Source: a virus
Lineage: Duplodnaviria; Caudoviricetes
DNA length: 33,966 nucleotides
Virus record (IMG/VR): IMGVR_UViG_3300037601_000028
Coordinates: 1-33,966 of that record
Direction: 5' to 3' (one strand)
Numbering within the stretch: the first letter of the stretch is position 1; each line of letters starts with the position of its first letter. The translations under genes were made by a program, and so were the position numbers. The notes under the pieces were generated by a model, which made no database searches, was not told the DNA's origin, and saw only the letters and a list, made by a program, of their open reading frames with translations. Positions 6,590 to 14,314 of this stretch are shown in pieces.

Positions 6590-8881
6590 CTAACCCCCAA
6601 ACTCGACATCGGCAAAAATGCCGCCCATGGCCTCGCGCAGCTTGGCTTCAAGCGTGCGCATGACTTCCTCGGCCGTGGCGCGCGGATCCTGCCCGCCAGG
6701 CACAATGATGTTGCCAAAACTGACCGAAACCGGCGGCATCGAGCGCCCGCTCTGGCCAAGCATGGCGGCGGTTTCGTCGGCCGTGTGGACATAACCGCCC
6801 CGGCCGGGCGTGATCAGCTCGGGACCATATTCGCCCACCAGATAGGTCTTGCCGCCCAGGATCGAACCGCCCACCGCCTTGCCGGGCACCGTCATGGGCA
6901 CAGGCAAATCGGGATAGGCCGGATTGTATTGCGGCGCCGGCCCAACTACAGGCGCGGCGCCGCCACCGAACGGGTTAAGCCCGGCAATTGCCGACCCAAG
7001 CCCCTCGACCATATTCGGGATGATCGATTTCATCCCTTCCCAGATCGAATTCATCAGGCTCACACCGATGCCGACCCAATCGATCGACTGGAACGCCTCG
7101 GCAATGCGCTGCCCGATATCGGCAAATTGCTGGATCACCGCATCGGCCATGCCCGAAACGCCGGTGGCGATATGGGTCGGCAGCTCCGCAAACCAGTCAA
7201 TGATCGCCTGGCCGCGCTCGACCACCGCCACGATCGCTTCGCCCACGGCCGTGCCGACCGCATTGCCCCAGCCGGCCCAATCCTCGGCACTGGCATCGAC
7301 CGGCCCCAAAAGCCCGGTGACCCAATCCAGGATCTTCTGGCCGGCATCGATCACCGGCTGGATCACCGGCATCAGCGGCTCAAGCGCCGCCATCATGGCC
7401 GAGCCTAGCGCTTCAAAGAACGCGCCCAGGCCCTCCCAATTGTTATAAATCCACGTTCCGGCTGCAGCGACGGCGGCCAGCACCAGGCCAATGCCCGAGA
7501 GCATCAGCGCCATGCGCAAAGCCATCACCGCATTCTTGACCAGGTTTAGCGGATTGATCAGCGCCAGAAACCCGATGGCGCCGCGCACCATCATCAGTGC
7601 CGTGTCCAGCACCGCGCCCTTGAGAAACAGGAACGCCCAGCGCGAAGCCAGCGTGACCACGCGCAGCGCGACCAGCCCGCCGAGCATGGCAGCGATCGCC
7701 TGCACGATATGGGGATTGGCCGCGATCCAGTCGGACATGGCGCCCAGCCATGGGCCGACCGCTGCGGCGGCCGCATTGATGGCCGGCAAGAGCGCATTGC
7801 CTATGGCCATAGCCACATCGTCCACCTGGTTTTTGAGCCGCTGCAGGTTGAATTCGGTTGTCGCCGCTCGGCGCGCGAATTCGGCTTGGACGCTGCCGGC
7901 ATAGGCTGTCTCGTCAGAAACCAACCCCAGCGTGCGTTCCAGCAGCTCGACATTGTTCAAGAGCGGCGCCAGGGCGCGCGCTTCATCCCCGAACAGATCC
8001 GACATGACCGTTGCCTGCATATACTCGGGCAGCTGGCCGAGGCGTTTCACCACCTCAAGCGTGGTGCCCACGGCATCCTCTTGCATGGCCTTGGCGACCT
8101 TGCCCGAATCCAGTCCAAGGGTCCGGTAAGCCTCTTTGACGCTTTTGGTTGCGCCGGCCCCTTTGGTCAGGGCGCGGCCCATATTGCGAAAGGACGTTGC
8201 GGCCACCTCGGTTTCGGCGCCGGCCGAGATCATGGCCGAGCCAAAGGCCAGCGACTGCTCTTTGCTAAAACCATAGAACTCGCCCTGGCTGGCCACGCGG
8301 CGAGCAAAATTGGTCAGATCCGGCGCCGTCGATGCGGTCTGGTCCGACAGATGATTGATGGCGTCGGCATAGGCCATGGTCTCGGCCGTCGAGAGGCGTA
8401 GGGCCTCGCGTAGCTTGGCCAGATCTTCGCCTGCCTGCGCACCGGACACACCCCAGGCGAGAGCCGCCTTTGCGGTCATGCGCGTAAAGTCCACCAGGTC
8501 GGCATCGCCCACGCCCGAGGCGGCCGCGTTCTCGGCCAGGGCGGCCAGCTCGGTGACCGCCATCGGAATTTCCGAGCGCGCCAGGTCGCGCAGATCCCGG
8601 CCGAATTCATCAAGGCCCGAGGCGTCGAATCCGGACACCTTGGCCACATCGGCCATGGCGCTTTCGAACTCGATCGCCTTCTGCACTGGCGCCGACAGAG
8701 CGCGGGCCATCACATAGGCGGCGGCGGCCGTGTCGAGCATGCGGCCGCGCATATCGTTGAGCTGCATGGCATTGGCGCGGCTGGCACGCTGCAGATCCTT
8801 TACCGAGCGCGCTACACCACGCGCCGGCGCCGTGAACTGATCGATAAGCGAGACAATCAGCTTTGAAGTCAAAACGGCCAT
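6590..8881 (-). CDS. Tape measure protein (TP901 family)
   Basis: AIEFESAMADVAKV, YADAINHLSD, LFGDEA, IYNNWE motifs; ATG at 8881 gives 763 aa. Confidence 0.93.
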   Translation of the reverse strand: MAVLTSKLIVSLIDQFTAPARGVARSVKDLQRASRANAMQLNDMRGRMLDTAAAAYVMARALSAPVQKAIEFESAMADVAKVSGFDASGLDEFGRDLRDLARSEIPMAVTELAALAENAAASGVGDADLVDFTRMTAKAALAWGVSGAQAGEDLAKLREALRLSTAETMAYADAINHLSDQTASTAPDLTNFARRVASQGEFYGFSKEQSLAFGSAMISAGAETEVAATSFRNMGRALTKGAGATKSVKEAYRTLGLDSGKVAKAMQEDAVGTTLEVVKRLGQLPEYMQATVMSDLFGDEARALAPLLNNVELLERTLGLVSDETAYAGSVQAEFARRAATTEFNLQRLKNQVDDVAMAIGNALLPAINAAAAAVGPWLGAMSDWIAANPHIVQAIAAMLGGLVALRVVTLASRWAFLFLKGAVLDTALMMVRGAIGFLALINPLNLVKNAVMALRMALMLSGIGLVLAAVAAAGTWIYNNWEGLGAFFEALGSAMMAALEPLMPVIQPVIDAGQKILDWVTGLLGPVDASAEDWAGWGNAVGTAVGEAIVAVVERGQAIIDWFAELPTHIATGVSGMADAVIQQFADIGQRIAEAFQSIDWVGIGVSLMNSIWEGMKSIIPNMVEGLGSAIAGLNPFGGGAAPVVGPAPQYNPAYPDLPVPMTVPGKAVGGSILGGKTYLVGEYGPELITPGRGGYVHTADETAAMLGQSGRSMPPVSVSFGNIIVPGGQDPRATAEEVMRTLEAKLREAMGGIFADVEFGG

Positions 8882-8939
8882 AGTGGACTTTCCATACATA
8901 CACCGCTATCGGTTACACACCGAAAGGGAGGGCTTTCAT

Positions 8940-9260
8940 TTGAGACTATTTGGAATACTGGCCATCACGGCCGGCCTTATGACTCACGCATCTGCGCAAA
9001 GCTTTGACAGCATGCAAATTGCGATGGATCTCGGATCTGTTCTGGGATCAGAAGAAGCGTGCGGGCTCGAGTTTGATCAATCGGCAATTGCAGGCTTCAT
9101 CGAAGACAAAGTGGCAGCTGACGACATGAGTTTTGCCAGCAATTTGCAGACCATGACCATGGGTCAGGAGTACCAGCTGGCCGACTACTCCAAATCAGCC
9201 CTGACCGCTCATTGCACCCAGATTTCGCGCGTTGCGAAGTCGTACGGCTTTACATACTAG
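8940..9260 (+). CDS. Secreted hypothetical protein with two Cys (moron gene 1)
   Basis: TTG at 8940 after GGGAGG; signal peptide MRLFGILAITAGLMTHASA-Q; antisense to the late operon. Confidence 0.75.
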   Translation: MRLFGILAITAGLMTHASAQSFDSMQIAMDLGSVLGSEEACGLEFDQSAIAGFIEDKVAADDMSFASNLQTMTMGQEYQLADYSKSALTAHCTQISRVAKSYGFTY

Positions 9261-9269
9261 GAGACGCCA

Positions 9270-9626
9270 ATGTCCGAGATCTCGCACCTCAGGGCCTCCC
9301 GCTTTAAAGCCGAGTTCGGCGTTGTCGACACGATCGGCGTGGTCATCATCTGGATCCTGCTGTCCATTGTGACCCTGGGGCTCGCGCTCTTTGTCTTCCC
9401 CTATTACTTGAACAAGGATGTCATCAACAAAACCAAGGTCCTCGATAGCAGCGGTAGGGAGATCGGACGCCTAAATTGCCGATTTAATCTCGCCTCGTCG
9501 ATCGGCCACGTGATCATCTGGATCATTCTAATCCTGGTGACGCTCGGCATCGCGGCGTTCTTCTATGCATTTCGGATTGTCCGCGTTGTCTTGAACGAGA
9601 CGGAAATCGAATACTACGACCGCTAA
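9270..9626 (+). CDS. Inner-membrane protein, YjgN/DUF898/DUF6693-like (moron gene 2)
   Basis: Internal duplication IG.VIIWI.L..VTLG.A.F; GGAG RBS. Confidence 0.8.
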   Translation: MSEISHLRASRFKAEFGVVDTIGVVIIWILLSIVTLGLALFVFPYYLNKDVINKTKVLDSSGREIGRLNCRFNLASSIGHVIIWIILILVTLGIAAFFYAFRIVRVVLNETEIEYYDR

Positions 9627-9642
9627 GCGGTAGCCGGGGCGC

Positions 9643-9834
9643 TTAACTGCGCCTCGGCCGCTCGCGCGCGAGCTGCTGGGAAAGGGAGCGCGAATAGCTC
9701 AAGAGCTTGTCGATCTCCCAATCCTCAACCGCGTCGATCGATGTGTTTGTATGCCTGGCGATCGCCAGGATCACATCGCGCCAGGCGACCGCCGGCCCTT
9801 CTTTTTCGGCGCCGCTGGCTTCGGCAACTTTCCC
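9643..9834 (-). CDS. -1 frameshift extension of the tail chaperone (gpGT / gpE+E'-like)
   Basis: G GGA AAG slippery site at 9828-9834; -1 frame open: GKVAEASG…AWRDVILAIARHTNTSIDAVEDWEIDKLLSY…RRS, TAA at 9643-9645. Confidence 0.85.
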   Translation of the reverse strand, partial: GKVAEASGAEKEGPAVAWRDVILAIARHTNTSIDAVEDWEIDKLLSYSRSLSQQLARERPRRS

Positions 9835-10082
9835 ATAAGGGGCGCCACCTTCGCCCCGATTATGGCCATATCTTCCATGTCCAAATCAAGAATCACCGCC
9901 AGCGGCACATCGGCCAGGGCGGCAAAGATCTGATAGCCGGCGCGCACCTCGCTATCCTCGCCCTCCCCCACCAGCGCATCGCGCGCTTTCATGCGGCGGA
10001 ACGTGAGGGTCGAATAGGTCTTGCCCTCGACCGTCACCGGATGCTTGAGCGGCACGTCAACCTTGCTCGGGCTGCTGGTCAT
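9771..10082 (-). CDS. Tail assembly chaperone (P2 gpE / Mu gp41-like)
   Basis: LKHPVTVEG…LTFRRMKARD…LDMED motif; lies between tube and tape measure. Confidence 0.88.
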   Translation of the reverse strand: MTSSPSKVDVPLKHPVTVEGKTYSTLTFRRMKARDALVGEGEDSEVRAGYQIFAALADVPLAVILDLDMEDMAIIGAKVAPLMGKLPKPAAPKKKGRRSPGAM

Positions 10083-10085
10083 GTC

Positions 10086-10604
10086 TTAGGCTCCCAGCGC
10101 CTGGCGGATATCTTCGAAATGGTCCACGCCATCAAAGCGCAGCACCCGTTCGAACACGTCCACATAATACAGCTCTTTGTCGCCCAGGCTGAACTCGATG
10201 TGCGTCACTTCCTTGAAAGTGTAGTTGCACCCCTGCAGCTCGGCCGGATCGCTTTCGCCCGGTTCATAATTGGCGATCGCTCCTTCAATGATGCACCGGG
10301 CGCCGATCGTGGATCCGCCGCCAGGGCCGACCTGGCGATAGGCGCCGGCCATAACCCAACGGCCGCGCTTGCCCAGCCCGCCGAAAATGTCGAGATCAAG
10401 CCCCTTGCTCGACCATTTCGGCTCGGCCGCATTCAACCGCGGTTGCACGAAATTGACCGCCATGACGCTGCCACCGGGCGAGAATTCGCTGGCCACAAAG
10501 TCCAGGCCCGGCAGGGTCAGTTTTTCGATCGTGGTGGCGCGCGAGCTGCCCTCGACTTCGGCGCGGCGAACATCGACAGCGGCCAGCTGATAAAACGGCT
10601 GCAT
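10086..10604 (-). CDS. Tail tube protein (P2 FII-like)
   Basis: IEKLTLP…PGG…YYVDVFERVLRFDGVD…IRQALG; follows the sheath gene. Confidence 0.88.
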   Translation of the reverse strand: MQPFYQLAAVDVRRAEVEGSSRATTIEKLTLPGLDFVASEFSPGGSVMAVNFVQPRLNAAEPKWSSKGLDLDIFGGLGKRGRWVMAGAYRQVGPGGGSTIGARCIIEGAIANYEPGESDPAELQGCNYTFKEVTHIEFSLGDKELYYVDVFERVLRFDGVDHFEDIRQALGA

Positions 10605-10669
10605 TCTTAAACCTCAATGTTTGGATGGATGGACCAGGCGGCACCGCCGCCCGGTATGGGTTGCGCCGA

Positions 10670-11905
10670 TCAGGCTTCGCTGGCTGCGTTCTGGCGGGCG
10701 ATGATTTCATTCACCAGGCTATCCAGCGCCGGGCGGAAACGCGCCACAACGTGGTTGGCCACCTTGAAGGCTGGCGCCGGCTCGATCCCCAGATTGAGGG
10801 TCAGATGGCCCAGGCGAATGTTTTCGGGACTGTTCGGATTCTTCTTGAAGGTCACATCGGATCCCAAGATATCGTCGGCCACCTTGTGGTCGCGCAGCAT
10901 GAACTTGATCGAGTTGATCCACGCTTCCACCGTATCGGCCGAGATCTTGCGGCCGAGGAATTGGCGCGTAATTTCCATGATCTTTACGGTGATGTAATCG
11001 GCGCCGCGCACCTGGTGGATCTGCTTCCACAATTCGCCAGTGGTGCAGTTATCAGTGCCGATAAACAGGAAACCGCCATCGGCCACGGCGCCATCGACAC
11101 CGCTTTCGCCCTGGACCACCACCGAGATCTCGCTTTCGAGCATCTGCTGGCCTTCAGTCGAGCCATCGAGCAGCGAAAACGGGATCTTGCGCGAGGTGCC
11201 CGATAGCCCGAACAGCGCCCGGTTGGCGAACGGGTTGAACGGCTTGCCGCCATGCTGGTTATCGATGCGGATCATCAGGCCGACCACATAAGGCCCCATG
11301 GCGCGGGTCACCAGCACATCGTCGATATAGGCGCGGGCGGCCACACCCACCGGCAAGATGCGTTCCGAGCTGAATGCCTCGCGCTGCGAAATTGCGTCGG
11401 CCTTGGAGTCAGGATCCACATCGACAGGCGCCACGGCCAGCAGCTTTTCGCAGGCGATTTCAAGCGCCGCCCAGATCGGGTTAGGCGTCTCGCTGTCGAG
11501 CTGCCAGCTGGTGCGGCCAGCCCAGATGATGCGCGGGGTCGCGCCGGTGGCCGAGGCAATAGCCGAAACCGATTCCGGTGCCAGGGCCGCCGCGATATTG
11601 GCGGCCGTGGCGGCCGCATCGACCCCCTCGGCCACGCGAATGATCGTCAGATCCGCGCCGGCATTGAGGCCCCCGAGCTGCGCGTGAATGGCGGCCGCAG
11701 CATCGCGCAACAGGCCAGTGCCCAGCTCGGTCATTTTGGTGGCGTCACTGGTCGAGATCCGCACCGGCGTGCCCAGCGGATAGGTCACCGCGTTGGCATC
11801 GTCCGAAGTCTCGACGATCAGCGCCTTGGAAAAGTCCGCACCGAGGGCCGGGACGGCCTCGGTTTCTGGGCGCGAAAAGGTCATTCCGAAAACCGGGCTG
11901 GTCAT
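10670..11905 (-). CDS. Contractile tail sheath protein (P2 FI-like)
   Basis: 411 aa; PFAN, QIHQVRGADYI, NSPENIRLGHL…IEPAP. Confidence 0.9.
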   Translation of the reverse strand: MTSPVFGMTFSRPETEAVPALGADFSKALIVETSDDANAVTYPLGTPVRISTSDATKMTELGTGLLRDAAAAIHAQLGGLNAGADLTIIRVAEGVDAAATAANIAAALAPESVSAIASATGATPRIIWAGRTSWQLDSETPNPIWAALEIACEKLLAVAPVDVDPDSKADAISQREAFSSERILPVGVAARAYIDDVLVTRAMGPYVVGLMIRIDNQHGGKPFNPFANRALFGLSGTSRKIPFSLLDGSTEGQQMLESEISVVVQGESGVDGAVADGGFLFIGTDNCTTGELWKQIHQVRGADYITVKIMEITRQFLGRKISADTVEAWINSIKFMLRDHKVADDILGSDVTFKKNPNSPENIRLGHLTLNLGIEPAPAFKVANHVVARFRPALDSLVNEIIARQNAASEA

Positions 11906-11941
11906 CGGGCATTCTCCTAAGTTTGAAGGTGTTGCGAAAAG

Positions 11942-12301
11942 TCAGCGGCTAAACCAGCCATAGGCGACGACACCGGCGAACATCGCCAAGGCCCGCCAAC
12001 GATCAACGCCCAGGATCTTGAGGGCGTCGAAAAAGAGCGCGTGCGCTGTCATCTTGTCGAAACCGACCCAGGACAGCAGAAAGTCATGCAACACGGCCGC
12101 AGCCGCATATTGCGGTTCGAACGGGGGAAACAGCCACCAGAGCCAGCGCGGCACCGTGGCCAGATCCGTGGAAAAGCCCGCCGGCACCGTGACGGTCAGG
12201 CCCGAACCTTTCAGCCCGATATCAAAAGAAAAAGGGCGCTCCGTCCGGTAGCGCCCTTTTCCATCTGGTGTGATCACCAGCGGCTCGGTGAAGCTGCTCA
12301 A
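11942..12301 (-). CDS. DUF1353-family protein
   Basis: VPAGFSTDLATVPR…AAVLHD…F..AL…GV; TTG start at 12301 inferred. Confidence 0.85.
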   Translation of the reverse strand: MSSFTEPLVITPDGKGRYRTERPFSFDIGLKGSGLTVTVPAGFSTDLATVPRWLWWLFPPFEPQYAAAAVLHDFLLSWVGFDKMTAHALFFDALKILGVDRWRALAMFAGVVAYGWFSR

Positions 12302-12302
12302 A

Positions 12303-12818
12303 TCAGACCCCCGCCGCCTCGCGCCATTCTGACAGCTCGGTGGCCGCCTCGGATTGAATGACGAACAGGGCATCCATGTTTTCGGCCGCCTCGATCCGAT
12401 CGGACACCCGCGCTCGCAACCCGTTCACATAGGCCGACAGGGCCGCCCAGGCGTCCGCATTGGCCTTGACGGCCGCCGCCTTGTCCTGCAGCTGCGCAAG
12501 CCGCTCGGCATCGTCCGCAGCGGGGCCGAAATGCACTTCGGTAACCGAGAGCAGAAACGGCGCCACGGCCGAGGCGGCCGGCAGATCCGGCGCCTCAAGC
12601 GCCAGCAGCGCCTCGGCTTCCACCTTCTGGATCGGCCAGGACTGCACTTCGGCCATGGGGTATTGCTGGACGATCGAAGCGCCAACCGCATTCATATGCG
12701 AAACGAAGCGCTCGATCGCGGTTTTCTTCGCATCTGCCAGCATCGCCGCCGCCATGGCCGCCGCTTCCTGCGCAGCCATTTCCTCGGGCGTCATTGCGCC
12801 CGGTTCTTCTTCGCTCAT
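12303..12818 (-). CDS. Putative tail fibre/adhesin assembly chaperone
   Basis: YP..EVQSWPIQKVEA…APFL helical pattern; directly downstream of the adhesin gene. Confidence 0.6.
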   Translation of the reverse strand: MSEEEPGAMTPEEMAAQEAAAMAAAMLADAKKTAIERFVSHMNAVGASIVQQYPMAEVQSWPIQKVEAEALLALEAPDLPAASAVAPFLLSVTEVHFGPAADDAERLAQLQDKAAAVKANADAWAALSAYVNGLRARVSDRIEAAENMDALFVIQSEAATELSEWREAAGV

Positions 12819-12829
12819 GTCTTTTCTCG

Positions 12830-13813
12830 CTAGTTGAGCCGGCCCAGGACCGTGCCGAAATTGTTGAGGGTCGCATTGCCCGAGCCGGTCAGATAAAACC
12901 CGGCCAAGCCGCCCACTGCCCCGGCGGCACCGCCGCCATTATTGCCTGATGCGCCGGAACTGCCGGTGCCGCCGGTCGCGCCCCAGCCGCCGCCAGAGCC
13001 GCCGGTGCCACCCGCGCCCGCGTTGGTGCCGCCAGCAGCCCCAGCAGACCCACCAGCGTTTGCGCCGTCATAGCCTTGGCCACGCCCGCCGTTACCGCCA
13101 GCACCGCCCGAGGTATAGTAGGTGTTGTAGCGTGTCTGTGTTCGGTAGATGGCGTAATGTCCACCACCGTTGTGTGCCCCTAGATGGTATGTCCAACCGC
13201 CTGTTGAATAGGGCGGTGCAGGTGAGGGGTATGTATAATCGTACCCCCATCTACGAGCCCAGCTGCCATAATCGTGCCACGCATAGCCGGGGTTGTTGTT
13301 CTCGAAGTACGGGCCCTCTTGATAAGTGTATGGCGTCTGATAGTAACCGCCACCACCATTCCCCCCGAGGCCGCCACCACCGCCACCGGCGCGGATCGTG
13401 CCGTGATTGCTAATCGTGAGCTTCTGGCCATCCTTGCCGGGCACGTTGACCGAGATCACATCCCCACCCACGCCCGAGTTAGCCGACCCGCCGCGCCCCG
13501 AGAGCGTGCCCCGGTTCTCCAGGGTCAGTGGGCCGCCAAAACTGGCCGCCTGCGCCCCGTTGGCGACTGCGAACACCCAGGATCCGCTCGATCCGCGCTC
13601 AACGCCCTCGGGCACCACCACGCGCTTGGGCGTGCTTGATGCCCAAACGCTGGGATCGAACAGATCCGCAAGATAGGTCTGGGCACCCGAGGCGCCCAGC
13701 ACCACGACGATCTCATGCGCCCAGATCTGCGTCGTGCCCTGGAACACGAAAGCGATCTGTGACGTGCCTCGCTTGAGGCTGGCCAGCATCTGGCCGTTGC
13801 GCGTGATTGGCAT
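12830..13813 (-). CDS. Glycine-rich receptor-binding adhesin (T-even gp38-like)
   Basis: LENRGTLSGRGG and TISNHGTIRAGGGGGG motifs, polyglycine tracts, Tyr/Trp-rich insert. Confidence 0.7.
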   Translation of the reverse strand: MPITRNGQMLASLKRGTSQIAFVFQGTTQIWAHEIVVVLGASGAQTYLADLFDPSVWASSTPKRVVVPEGVERGSSGSWVFAVANGAQAASFGGPLTLENRGTLSGRGGSANSGVGGDVISVNVPGKDGQKLTISNHGTIRAGGGGGGLGGNGGGGYYQTPYTYQEGPYFENNNPGYAWHDYGSWARRWGYDYTYPSPAPPYSTGGWTYHLGAHNGGGHYAIYRTQTRYNTYYTSGGAGGNGGRGQGYDGANAGGSAGAAGGTNAGAGGTGGSGGGWGATGGTGSSGASGNNGGGAAGAVGGLAGFYLTGSGNATLNNFGTVLGRLN

Positions 13814-13822
13814 CAGTCAGCC

Positions 13823-14314
13823 CTAAGCGGCAAAGATGAAATAGGTCACCGCCGGATCCTTGCTTGGGATCGCGTCATAGGCGGCCTGCGTGCCGAACCA
13901 TTGCGAGGATGCGTTGACTTTGGAACTCAGCGCATCCTCTAGCCCGGTGATCGATGAAATCGGCTGCTCGTGATCGCCCAGCGCCGAGAGCGCCGTTTGA
14001 AACACCACCTCATCACCCACCTTGACCGGGATATAGCCATCGGGCGCGGCCGCCATGCCGACCACGTCCGCAAGCCCGGCCAGGTTGAACGTTGCGCCGG
14101 CCGCCATCTTGTCATCAAGTGCGGCCTGCAGCCCCTCGATTTGGGCGATGGTGTGCCCATGCACCGTTGCGGCCTTGCCGGCCACAGCATCGAACAGGGA
14201 CTGGATATCGAGATCAATCATCGGCAGCACGGATAGCTGCAGGGCGTAAAATTCCTGATCGATATCGTTCGCGATATCCGGCAGCGGATAATTGCGGTTT
14301 GGCGTCGTGGCCAT
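13823..14314 (-). CDS. Short tail-fibre protein
   Basis: TPNRNYPLP N-terminus, HGHTIAQIEGLQAALD-type repeats, C-terminal WFGTQAAYDAIPSKDPAVTYFI. Confidence 0.75.
   Translation of the reverse strand: MATTPNRNYPLPDIANDIDQEFYALQLSVLPMIDLDIQSLFDAVAGKAATVHGHTIAQIEGLQAALDDKMAAGATFNLAGLADVVGMAAAPDGYIPVKVGDEVVFQTALSALGDHEQPISSITGLEDALSSKVNASSQWFGTQAAYDAIPSKDPAVTYFIFAA

Noticed and set aside
13109-13345. DGR variable region or invertible shufflon in the adhesin
   Set aside because: No template repeat, RT, invertase or flanking inverted repeats seen in the window; a remote DGR cannot be excluded
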